From Actinomycetota bacterium (lineage in GTDB: Bacteria; Actinomycetota; UBA4738; HRBIN12), in contig DASUTU010000153.1 in assembly GCA_036374435.1 (NCBI GenBank), positions 7,393 through 71,392 of the forward strand: DNA of 64,000 bases, given 5' to 3'. This document shows, piece after piece, positions 17,289 to 25,939 of this stretch (position 1 is the first letter of the stretch; every line of letters begins with the position of its first letter). The position numbers were made by a program, and so were the translations under genes. The notes under the pieces are model-generated. The model was not told the DNA's origin, did no database searches, and worked only from the letters and a program-made list of their open reading frames with translations.

Positions 17289-18200
17289 CTAGCCCTCGCC
17301 CGCCACGAGGCCGCGCCCCACCAGCCACGTTCGAGCGACCTCGGCGGGGGTCAGGTCGGCCACCTCGACCCGGAGGTTCATCAGGCGGAGCTCCGCGGTG
17401 GTCAGGGAGGCGGACACGCGGTTGACGGCCTCTTCGAGCCGCGGGCCGAACCGCTCGACCGCCGCGGCGTTGGCCACGGGCGTGACGTGCTCGGCCGGTT
17501 GCAGGTGGCGGTCGTCCTCCAGGAGCACGAGGTCGCTTCGGAGGACCTCGGGGCTCGTCGTGAACATCAGGCCGACGTCCACGAGGCCCCGCACCAACGC
17601 CTGCGCGGTGAGCGGGCCGCTCGAGTCCAGGGGGACGAACGAGTCGAACGTGATCCCGTACGTCTCCTCGAGCCCCGGCTGGCACAGCGGACGGCGGGGG
17701 CACTCGGCTGGGCCGCCCAGGGCGAGCCCCTCGTCCCCCGCGAGGTCCGAGAGCCGGGCCACCCGGGCGGCGCGGGCCAGGTCGGCCGAGACGGCGAACG
17801 CGTTTCGGTTCTGCGCTCGGGCCGACTCGAAGGCCACGAGCCCGCGCGCGTCGAGCTCGACGGCGAGGGCCCCTCGCACCACGCCGAGGTTCGAGGAGGC
17901 CGAGCCGCCGGTGACGAACTCCAGCAGGCTGCCGGCGTATTCGGGCACGAGCTCGATCAGGCCTCGCTGGAGTGACGGCTGGACCAGCTCGCGTGGCCCG
18001 ATGTCGAACCGCCGGACGACGCGGATGCCCTCGGCCTCGACGGCCTGCGCGTAGAGCTCGGCGAGCAGAACGCTCTCGCCGAAGTTGAACGAGCCGACGG
18101 TGAGCGCGTCGTCCGTCAGGGCCTGGGGCTCCCGGGGCGGCACCGGAGCGCACGCAGTCAGGATCGCCGCCGCGAGGAGCACCAGCAGCCGGGACCGCAC
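17289..18200 (-). CDS. glycine betaine/choline-type substrate-binding lipoprotein (OpuAC/ProX family), without cognate permease or ATPase
   Basis: MRSRLLVLLAAAILTACAP lipoprotein signal. OpuAC hallmarks TVGSFNFGESVLLAELYAQAVEAEG, ELVPEYAGSLLEF, ECPRRPLCQPGLEETYGI, VLLEDDRHLQPAEHVTPVA. The GTG start is approximate. Confidence 0.8.
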   Translation of the reverse strand: MRSRLLVLLAAAILTACAPVPPREPQALTDDALTVGSFNFGESVLLAELYAQAVEAEGIRVVRRFDIGPRELVQPSLQRGLIELVPEYAGSLLEFVTGGSASSNLGVVRGALAVELDARGLVAFESARAQNRNAFAVSADLARAARVARLSDLAGDEGLALGGPAECPRRPLCQPGLEETYGITFDSFVPLDSSGPLTAQALVRGLVDVGLMFTTSPEVLRSDLVLLEDDRHLQPAEHVTPVANAAAVERFGPRLEEAVNRVSASLTTAELRLMNLRVEVADLTPAEVARTWLVGRGLVAGEG

Positions 18201-18254
18201 AAACGTGACAGTAGCGGACCCGGAGGCCGCGCATCCGTTCGCTACCCTTCCGAC

Positions 18255-19190
18255 GTGGAGCGAGCGGACGGGCTCGGTGGCCTGCCGATCACCCCGGAGG
18301 CGAGCGTCGTCACGGTCGGCTTCTTCGACGGCGTGCACCTCGGGCATCGCGCCGTCCTCGAGGCCACGGTCGTCGCCGCCCGCGATCGAGGCCTGCCGGC
18401 GGTGGCCGTCACGTTCGACCGCCATCCGCGCGAGATCCTCACGCCGGGGCGGGAGCCGCGGCTGCTCACGACCGTCGAGCGCAAGGCGGCCCTGATCGAG
18501 GGGCTCGGCGTCGACCTGCTGGTCGTGCTCGAGTTCACCGAAGAGTTCTCTCGATGGCCGGCCGATCGGTTCATGGGCGAGGTTCTCCGGGACGGCCTGC
18601 ACGCCCGGCATTGCGTGATGGGGGCGAACTTCACCTTCGGCCACCGGGCGCTGGGGACGGTGGACACCTTGATCGAGCGGGGCGGCCGGTACGGGTTCGG
18701 CGCCGAACGGGTGGAGCTGCGCGACCTCGAGGGGCTCACGGTGTCCTCCTCGGCGGTGCGGGACGCCGTCTCCCGCGGAGATCTGGAGTGGGCCCGGCGC
18801 GCGCTCGGCCGCCGGTTCGTGCTCGACGGCACCGTCGTGAGCGGGGCGGGACGGGGGCAGGGCCTGGGCTACCCGACGGCGAACCTGCGCACCTGGCCGC
18901 GGCTGCTGCTGCCGGGACAGGGCATCTACGCCGGCCGCGCGAAGGTCGACGGTCGGGCCCACGTCGCCGCGATCGACGTCGGCACCAACCCGACGTTCGG
19001 CACCGAACCGCTCCACGTCGAGTCGTACCTGCTGGATTTCGACGGCGATCTGGTGGGGCGCCCGATGGCCGTGGAGTTCTGGGCGTTCCTTCGGCCCGAG
19101 GTCCGCTTCGAGTCCCCCGAGGAGCTGGTGGCCGCAATGGACGACGACGTGGATCGCACCCGGGCCCTGGTCGACCCCCACGCGCCGTGA
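18255..19190 (+). CDS. ribF: bifunctional riboflavin kinase / FMN adenylyltransferase
   Basis: VVTVGFFDGVHLGHRAVL (FAD synthetase) and GRGQGLGYPTANL...ESYLLDFDGDLVGRPMAVEF (riboflavin kinase). Confidence 0.9.
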   Translation: MERADGLGGLPITPEASVVTVGFFDGVHLGHRAVLEATVVAARDRGLPAVAVTFDRHPREILTPGREPRLLTTVERKAALIEGLGVDLLVVLEFTEEFSRWPADRFMGEVLRDGLHARHCVMGANFTFGHRALGTVDTLIERGGRYGFGAERVELRDLEGLTVSSSAVRDAVSRGDLEWARRALGRRFVLDGTVVSGAGRGQGLGYPTANLRTWPRLLLPGQGIYAGRAKVDGRAHVAAIDVGTNPTFGTEPLHVESYLLDFDGDLVGRPMAVEFWAFLRPEVRFESPEELVAAMDDDVDRTRALVDPHAP

Positions 19191-20278
19191 GCTGGGGCCG
19201 CCACGCTCGCCCGTCCCGGCTGCCGTTGGGTCTCCTCGTGGGCGCACTGATCCTGGCCGCCGTGGGGGCCGGCGCCTGGGCCATCACGCGACCCCGCGAC
19301 GGGTCGGATCGGGTCCAGACCTCGCCTGATCCCCCGACGCCGAGCGAGGTCGCGGCGGCCGCGGAGGGCAGCCCGCCCGGGCCGGCCGCGGCGACGCCCC
19401 CGACCCCGAGCCCTTCCGCGGAGCCGAGATGGCCGCTCGTGGTCCATGGGACCGGCGACGTCAGCCTGGACCCGGAGTACATCTCGGCGTTCCGGTCGAA
19501 CGGATACGGGTGGGCGTGGAGCGGGCTGGGCGGGCTGTTCCGTCGAGACGACCTCACGGTCATCAACCACGAGTGCCCCTCGACCGACATCGTCGCGCCG
19601 CTTCCCAAACAGTTCAACTTCCGGTGTGACCCGGAGGCGCTGCCCGCCGCGAGACGGGCCGGGGTGGAGGTCCTCAACCTGGCGAACAACCACGGGTACG
19701 ACCACGGCCCCGAGGCGCTGCTCGACTCGATCCGCAACATCCGCCGGGCCGGGCTGGTCCCCGTGGGAGCCGGCCCGAACGAGCGGGCGGCGGACCGACC
19801 CGCCTTCGTCGAGGTCGGGGGGTGGCGCATCGCGGTCGTCGGTATTAGCCAGGTGCTCGACCCCGTGAACCAGGTGGCCGAAGGGGACAGGCCGGGGACG
19901 GCCGTGGGCCACGACTTCGACCGGGCCCTCCGGGCCATCCGAGCCGCGGAGCAGGAAGCCGACCTGGTGCTGGTGACGATCCACTGGGGGGTCGAGCTCG
20001 ACACGGAGCCGCGCGACTACCAGATCGAGCAGGCCCGAGAGATGATCGAGGCCGGAGCTGACGCGATCTTCGGGCACCACGCGCACCGCCTGCAGCCGAT
20101 GGACACGTATCGCGGCCGCCCGATCTTCTACGGCCTCGGGAACTTCGTGTGGCCGAACTTCTCGGTGGAGGGCTCCACGACGGCCGTGGCCGAGGTCCGG
20201 GTCTCGGCGGACGGGCGGGTCCGGGGGAGGCTCCTCCCGGCGTTCATCACCGCTCCCGGCCACCCGGAGCTCCGTTGA
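19187..20278 (+). CDS. CapA-family (poly-gamma-glutamate synthesis-like) metallophosphatase, membrane-anchored/secreted
   Basis: GTG overlaps the ribF stop. N-terminal TM LPLGLLVGALILAAVGAGAWA plus a Pro/Ala linker. CapA motifs VINHECP, NLANNHGYDHG, VTIHWGVE, FGHHAHRLQP. Confidence 0.8.
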   Translation: MSWGRHARPSRLPLGLLVGALILAAVGAGAWAITRPRDGSDRVQTSPDPPTPSEVAAAAEGSPPGPAAATPPTPSPSAEPRWPLVVHGTGDVSLDPEYISAFRSNGYGWAWSGLGGLFRRDDLTVINHECPSTDIVAPLPKQFNFRCDPEALPAARRAGVEVLNLANNHGYDHGPEALLDSIRNIRRAGLVPVGAGPNERAADRPAFVEVGGWRIAVVGISQVLDPVNQVAEGDRPGTAVGHDFDRALRAIRAAEQEADLVLVTIHWGVELDTEPRDYQIEQAREMIEAGADAIFGHHAHRLQPMDTYRGRPIFYGLGNFVWPNFSVEGSTTAVAEVRVSADGRVRGRLLPAFITAPGHPELR

Positions 20279-20317
20279 GGGGTATCCGAAAGTCGTCTGG
20301 TAGCCTTTGCGCTGGTC

Positions 20318-20587
20318 ATGACCCTCACGAAGACGCAGAAGTCCGAGATCATCTCCGAGCACCGCCGCTCCGGCGCGGACACCGGTTCCGCCGAGGTCCA
20401 GATCGCGGTGCTCAGCAAGCGGATCTCCGACCTCACCGAACACCTGAAGACCCACAAGAAGGACCACGCCTCGCGGCGGGGCCTGCTGATGCTGGTCGGC
20501 CGCCGCCGCCGCCTGCTGGAGTACCTGCGGCGAGAGGACGTCGAGCGATACCGCGGCATCGTGGCCAAGCTCGGATTGAGGCGGTAG
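20318..20587 (+). CDS. rpsO: 30S ribosomal protein S15
   Basis: [70 protein letters not shown]. Confidence 0.95.
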   Translation: MTLTKTQKSEIISEHRRSGADTGSAEVQIAVLSKRISDLTEHLKTHKKDHASRRGLLMLVGRRRRLLEYLRREDVERYRGIVAKLGLRR

Positions 20588-20789
20588 GCGGGGGCCCGGC
20601 CGCCGCCCGTAGGAGGGATGCCAACGAACCACTGACCGATCCGGAGTGACGGTCGGTCCCGGTCGGTTCTCAGTCGCGAGCCTCCGATGCCCCCATCGGC
20701 GGTTCACCACTGACAACCGGCCGCACCGATCCTCCACCGCAACCGCGGCGCGTCCGCGCCGCGCCGAACCTCGAAGGAGGACCCGGCCG

Positions 20790-23087
20790 ATGGCCACCAC
20801 CCTTTCCCGCGAGATCGGGAACCAGACCCTGACGTTCGAGAGCGGAAAGCTCGCCCAGCAGGCGGGCGGCTCGTGCGTCGTGACCTACGGCGAGACCCAG
20901 GTGCTCGCCACCTGTACCACCGCGAAACCCCGCGAGGGGATCGACTTCTTCCCCCTCACGATCGACGTGGAGGAGCGGATGTACGCCGCCGGGAAGATCC
21001 CCGGCGGTTTCTTCCGGCGCGAGGGGCGGCCGTCGGAGACGGCTATCTTGACCGCCCGCCTGACCGACCGGCCCATGCGCCCGAGCTTCCGCGAGGGGTA
21101 CCGAGACGAGGTCCAGGTCGTCATCACCGTGTTGTCGGTGGACATGGCCAATCCCTACGACATCCCCGGCATGAACGCGGCCAGCCTGGCCACGATGATC
21201 AGCGGGATCCCCTTCGAGGGTCCCGTGGGGTCGGTGCGCCTGGGGCTGATCGGCGCTGAGTGGGTGATCAACCCGACGTTCCAGCAGGTCGAGGAGGCCA
21301 CGTTCGACATCGTCGTGGCCGGCCGCCGCAACGACGCCGGCGAGATCGACATCCTCATGATCGAGGGCGAGGCCCCCGACGACGCCTGGCAGCTCATCGC
21401 GGCCGACACGGGCGCCGTGGCGCCGACCGAAGACGTCGTCGCGCGCGGCCTCGAGGTCGCCAAGGCGGCGATCGACGAGCTGGTCGACCTCCAGCTCGAG
21501 TTCGTGGCGTCCCTGGACGCGAAACCCCGGCCGTTCGAGCCGACCCCGCTGTACGGCGCCGACACGTGGTCGCTCGTGCAGTCCTTCGCCAAGGAGCGCG
21601 TGGAGACGGCCCTCGTCCCCGACCGGGTCGAGCGCGAGGCCGCGCTCGACCAGGCGAAGGAGGACCTCAAGGCGCACGCGCTCGCGACCTGGGGCGAGGA
21701 GGTCTTCGCTCAGCGCCAGGCGGAGATCGGTCCGGCCTGGAAGGACCTGCAGAAGAAGGTCATGCGCGCCCGGGTCATCGAGCACGGGGTGCGCCTGGAC
21801 GGCCGCGGCCCGAAGGACATCCGTCCGCTCTCGGCGGAGGTCGGCCTGGTGCCCCGCGCCCACGGCTCGAGCCTGTTCCAGCGGGGCGATACGCAGGTCC
21901 TGAACGTCACCACCCTCGGGATGCTGCGGATGACCCAGATGATCGACACGCTCGATCCCGAGGAGACCAAACGCTACATCCACCACTACAACTTCCCACC
22001 GTTCTCGACGGGCGAGGTCGGGCGAATCGGCTCCCCCCGGCGGCGCGAGATCGGACACGGCGCACTCGCCGAACGGGCGCTCGTCCCGATGATCCCTCCG
22101 GAGGAGGAGTTCCCCTACGCGCTGCGGCTGGTCTCCGACGTGTTGGGCTCCAACGGCTCCACGTCGATGGCCAGCGTCTGCGCCTCGACGTTGTCGCTGA
22201 TGGACGCCGGCGTGCCGATCAAGGCGCCGGTGGCGGGGATCGCCATGGGCATGATCGCCGAAGGTGACACGTTCGTGACGCTCACCGACATCCTCGGCGC
22301 CGAGGACGCCCTCGGCGACATGGACTTCAAGGTGGCGGGCACGCGCGAGTTCGTCACCGCGATCCAGCTCGACATGAAGGTCACCGGCCTCCCCGGCGAG
22401 GTCCTGGCCGACGCCCTCCAGCAGGCCAGGGAGGCGCGGCTGAAGATCCTCGAGGTCATCATCGACGCCATCCCGACGCCGCGCACCGAGGTCAACCCGA
22501 AGGCGCCGCGCATCCTGACGCTCCAGATCCCCGTGGACAAGATCGGCGAGGTGATCGGACCCAAGGGGAAGAAGATCAACGAGATCGTCGCATTGACCGG
22601 CGCCGACATCGACATCCAGGACGACGGCACGGTGTTCATCGGGGCCCGCGAGGGCGCCGGGGCCGACGAGGCCGCTCGGATCATCGACGAGATCGCCAAC
22701 CCACGACCGATCACGGTCGGCGAGCGGTTCACCGGCACCGTGGTGAACACCACGACGTTCGGCGCGTTCGTGAACCTGGTTCCGGGCCGCGACGGGCTGA
22801 TCCACATCTCCAAGCTCGGCCGGGGTCGCCGGATCGCGAACGTCGAGGAGGCCGTCTCCGTGGGCGACACGCTCGAGGTCGAGGTGCAGGACATCGACGA
22901 CCGCGGCAAGATCTCGCTCAAGCCGGTCGGCGCCGAGTGGGAGATCCCCGAGGGCCAGGAGCCCGAGGTCTCGACGGACCGGCCGCCGCGGCGCGACCGC
23001 GGTGACCGGCGCGGCCCGCGCGACCGGGACCGCCGCCCGCGCGACCGCGATCGCCGTCCTCGCGAACCCCGATCGCCGGAGGGCTGA
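20790..23087 (+). CDS. pnp: polyribonucleotide nucleotidyltransferase (PNPase) with a C-terminal Arg/Asp-rich tail
   Basis: SD GAAGGAGG before ATG 20790 (MATTLSREIGNQTLTFESGKLAQQAGGSCVV). Two RNase PH domains, KH and S1 domains. Tail RPPRRDRGDRRGPRDRDRRPRDRDRRPREPRSPEG. Confidence 0.95.
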   Translation: MATTLSREIGNQTLTFESGKLAQQAGGSCVVTYGETQVLATCTTAKPREGIDFFPLTIDVEERMYAAGKIPGGFFRREGRPSETAILTARLTDRPMRPSFREGYRDEVQVVITVLSVDMANPYDIPGMNAASLATMISGIPFEGPVGSVRLGLIGAEWVINPTFQQVEEATFDIVVAGRRNDAGEIDILMIEGEAPDDAWQLIAADTGAVAPTEDVVARGLEVAKAAIDELVDLQLEFVASLDAKPRPFEPTPLYGADTWSLVQSFAKERVETALVPDRVEREAALDQAKEDLKAHALATWGEEVFAQRQAEIGPAWKDLQKKVMRARVIEHGVRLDGRGPKDIRPLSAEVGLVPRAHGSSLFQRGDTQVLNVTTLGMLRMTQMIDTLDPEETKRYIHHYNFPPFSTGEVGRIGSPRRREIGHGALAERALVPMIPPEEEFPYALRLVSDVLGSNGSTSMASVCASTLSLMDAGVPIKAPVAGIAMGMIAEGDTFVTLTDILGAEDALGDMDFKVAGTREFVTAIQLDMKVTGLPGEVLADALQQAREARLKILEVIIDAIPTPRTEVNPKAPRILTLQIPVDKIGEVIGPKGKKINEIVALTGADIDIQDDGTVFIGAREGAGADEAARIIDEIANPRPITVGERFTGTVVNTTTFGAFVNLVPGRDGLIHISKLGRGRRIANVEEAVSVGDTLEVEVQDIDDRGKISLKPVGAEWEIPEGQEPEVSTDRPPRRDRGDRRGPRDRDRRPRDRDRRPREPRSPEG

Positions 23088-23098
23088 GGCACCCGCCG

Positions 23099-24358
23099 AT
23101 GGCCATCGGTCGGACCGAGCTCGGCTCTGGCCTTCGCGTCGTCACCGAGCGGATGCCGGACGTGCGTTCGGTGGCGCTCGGGTTCTGGGTGTTGGCCGGC
23201 TCGCGCGACGAGCCGCCGCCCATCAGCGGCTCGAGCCATTTCCTCGAGCACCTGCTGTTCAAGGGGACGAAGAGGCGCAGCGCCCGCGACATCGCCGAAG
23301 CGTTCGACGCGGTCGGCGGCGACGTCAACGCGTTCACCGCCAAGGAGTACACGTGTTTCTACGGGCGCGTTCGCGACCGGGACCTCCCGATGGCGGTGGA
23401 GCACCTGGCGGACATGGTCCAGAACTCCGTGTTGCGCGAGCCCGACTTCCGGTCGGAGAAGCGCGTCATCCTCGAGGAGATCAACGTCCACGAGGACACC
23501 CCCGACGACCTCGTCCACGACCTGTTCGTCGAGTCGTTGTGGCCCCACCACCCGCTGGGTCGGCCCGTGCTGGGGACCAAGCGCAGCATCCGGGCCGCCA
23601 CGCGCGACCAGGTTCGCCGGTTCTACCGGAAGCACTACGTCCCGGGGAACCTCGTCGTCGTCGCGGCGGGCAACCTCCACCACGACCGGCTCCTCGAGCT
23701 CCTGTCGGACGTGATGGACATCGGACCGGTCCGCGCCGAGGGGCCGGCCGCGTGGAACCTCCGGCGGGCCGGCCCTCCGCCGAGTCCCTCGGGCCGCACC
23801 GTGGTGAAGTCGCGCGATACCGAGCAGGCCCACATCTGTGTCGGCACCAGCGGCCTTTCCCGGACGGACCCGGACCGCTTCGCCTTCGGCGTGGTCAACA
23901 ACGCGCTGGGCGGCGGGATGTCCTCGAGGCTGTTCCAGGAGGTCCGCGAGCGGCGCGGCCTCGCGTACAGCGTCTACAGCTACCACTCGATGTACGCGGA
24001 GGCGGGCGTGTTCTCGGCGTACGCCGGCACGACGCCGGGCCGGGCCAAAGACGTCTTGTCGATCGTGCGGGGCCAGCTCCAGGACGTGGCCGAGCACGGC
24101 CTGCGGCCCGACGAGTTCGAGCGCGCCAAGGGCCACATGAAAGGGGCGCTCGTCCTGTCGCTCGAGGACCCCGGCGGCCGGATGTCTCGGCTGGGCAAGT
24201 CCGAGATCGGCCACGGCGAGACCTTGACGCTCAACCAGATGCTCGCTCGGATCTCCGCGGTGACGCCGGAGGACTCGCGCCGGGCGGCCGACCGGGTACT
24301 CTCGCAACCCATGACCACCACCGTGCTGGGTCCGTTCGACCGGCGGTCGATCAGATGA
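23099..24358 (+). CDS. M16-family zinc peptidase (pitrilysin-like)
   Basis: HxxEH zinc motif in GSSHFLEHLLFKGT. Conserved position downstream of pnp, as in mycobacterial pepR. Confidence 0.85.
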   Translation: MAIGRTELGSGLRVVTERMPDVRSVALGFWVLAGSRDEPPPISGSSHFLEHLLFKGTKRRSARDIAEAFDAVGGDVNAFTAKEYTCFYGRVRDRDLPMAVEHLADMVQNSVLREPDFRSEKRVILEEINVHEDTPDDLVHDLFVESLWPHHPLGRPVLGTKRSIRAATRDQVRRFYRKHYVPGNLVVVAAGNLHHDRLLELLSDVMDIGPVRAEGPAAWNLRRAGPPPSPSGRTVVKSRDTEQAHICVGTSGLSRTDPDRFAFGVVNNALGGGMSSRLFQEVRERRGLAYSVYSYHSMYAEAGVFSAYAGTTPGRAKDVLSIVRGQLQDVAEHGLRPDEFERAKGHMKGALVLSLEDPGGRMSRLGKSEIGHGETLTLNQMLARISAVTPEDSRRAADRVLSQPMTTTVLGPFDRRSIR

Positions 24359-25152
24359 TCCGGGTGGGCGTCGTCGGCGCCTGCGGGCGGATGGGGCAGA
24401 TGGTGTGCCGGTCCGTCGCCGACGCCGACGACCTGGCGCTCGTCGCGGCCATCGATCGGTCGAGGATCGGCCAGAGCATCGGCCCGCTGATCGGCCACCC
24501 CGAGATCGACGTGCCGGTCTCGGACGAGCTCGACCGGCTCCTGGAGGCCGAGGTCGAGGTGGCGGTCGACTTCACGCATCCGGACGTCGTCATGGAGAAC
24601 GTCCGCTGGTGCGTCAACCACGCGATCCACCTCGTGGTCGGCACCACCGGCATCACCGAGGACGACCTGCGCGAGATCGATGTCGCCATCGGCGACGAAG
24701 GGGCCGAGTCCAACGTGATCGTGGCCTCGAACTTCGCGCTCGGCGCCGTGTTGATGTTGCGGTTCGCCACCGAGGCCATCCGGCACCTTCCGGCCGTCGA
24801 GATCATCGAGCTGCACCACGACCAGAAGGCCGATGCCCCGTCCGGCACGGCGTTCGCCATGGCCCGTCGGCTGGATGCCGAACGCGCCGAGCCGTATCGG
24901 GGACCGACGGCGGAGAGCCTCCGGGGGGTCCGGGGCGGGGAAGAAGACGGGATCCGGGTCCATTCGGTGCGGCTCCCCGGGCTGGTGGCGCACCACGAGA
25001 TCATCTTCGGGGGGCAGGGGCAGACCCTCACGATCCGTCACGACTCGACGGATCGCAGCTCGTTCATGCCGGGCGTGTTGCTCGCCGTCCGCGCCGTGCT
25101 GACCAGGCGGGGGCTGACCGTCGGCCTCGAGCCGCTCCTGTCCTCCCCGTGA
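24355..25152 (+). CDS. dapB: 4-hydroxy-tetrahydrodipicolinate reductase
   Basis: ATG overlaps the peptidase stop (ATGA). MIRVGVVGACGRMGQMV NAD(P)-binding N-terminus; EIIELHHDQKADAPSGTA; IRHDSTDRSSFMPGVLLAV. Confidence 0.9.
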   Translation: MIRVGVVGACGRMGQMVCRSVADADDLALVAAIDRSRIGQSIGPLIGHPEIDVPVSDELDRLLEAEVEVAVDFTHPDVVMENVRWCVNHAIHLVVGTTGITEDDLREIDVAIGDEGAESNVIVASNFALGAVLMLRFATEAIRHLPAVEIIELHHDQKADAPSGTAFAMARRLDAERAEPYRGPTAESLRGVRGGEEDGIRVHSVRLPGLVAHHEIIFGGQGQTLTIRHDSTDRSSFMPGVLLAVRAVLTRRGLTVGLEPLLSSP

Positions 25153-25928
25153 CGCGCCGCGTCACGTGCGTCTTCGCGCACCCGGACGACGACACGTACG
25201 GCGTGGCCGGATCGCTCGCCCTGGAAGCCGATCGAGGGGTCGAGGTCACCGTGGTCCTCGCCACCAGCGGCGAGGCCGGGCTGATCGCCGACGCCAGCCT
25301 GGCCACCCGCGAGACCCTGGCCGCGGTCCGAGAGGCCGAGGACCGCGCGTCGTGGGAGGCCCTCGGGCTCGAGCCGGCCGTCAAGTTCCTGCGGCACCCC
25401 GACGGCCGCCTCACCGAGATCCCCCGCGAGCAGCTCGTGGCGGAGGTCCTGGCGATCCTCCAGGAGGCACGTCCCGACGTCGTGGTCACGTTCGGCCCCG
25501 ACGGCGTCACCGGGCACGCCGACCACGTCGCGATCGGCGCCGTCACCGCCGCGGCCTTCCACGCCGCTCGGGCGGCCGGCTCGGACGGGTTCCACCGCCT
25601 CCTTCAGGTGGCCATCCCGCAGTCCCGGATGGACCGGATGAACGAGCTCCTGCGCGAGCGGGGGTTGAACCCGATCGACCCGACCCAGGAGTTCCAGCCC
25701 CGGAGCGTGCCCGACGAGTCGATCGGGGTCCTGGTGGACTGCTCGTCGGTCTACGACCGGAAGCTCGAGGCGCTGCGACGACACCGGACCCAGGCCGAGC
25801 TCCAGGACGTCCCGTTCGAGATGTGGCCGGAGCTCCTTTCGGTGGAGGCGTTCGTCCCGGCGTTCCCGGAGCGCGAGCCCGAGGCGCCGGTCCTGGACGG
25901 GCTGTTCGACGGGCTGGCCGGTCCGTAA
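25149..25928 (+). CDS. PIG-L / LmbE-family N-acetylglucosaminyl deacetylase-like protein
   Basis: GTG overlaps the dapB stop. LmbE signature VFAHPDDDTYGVAG and GPDGVTGHADHVAIGAV. Confidence 0.8.
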   Translation: MTRRVTCVFAHPDDDTYGVAGSLALEADRGVEVTVVLATSGEAGLIADASLATRETLAAVREAEDRASWEALGLEPAVKFLRHPDGRLTEIPREQLVAEVLAILQEARPDVVVTFGPDGVTGHADHVAIGAVTAAAFHAARAAGSDGFHRLLQVAIPQSRMDRMNELLRERGLNPIDPTQEFQPRSVPDESIGVLVDCSSVYDRKLEALRRHRTQAELQDVPFEMWPELLSVEAFVPAFPEREPEAPVLDGLFDGLAGP

Positions 25929-25939
25929 GCTCGAACGCC

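Noticed and set aside
20670-24307. 711-aa and 730-aa minus-strand ORFs antisense to pnp and the M16 peptidase
   Set aside because: Antisense artefacts opposite highly conserved genes.
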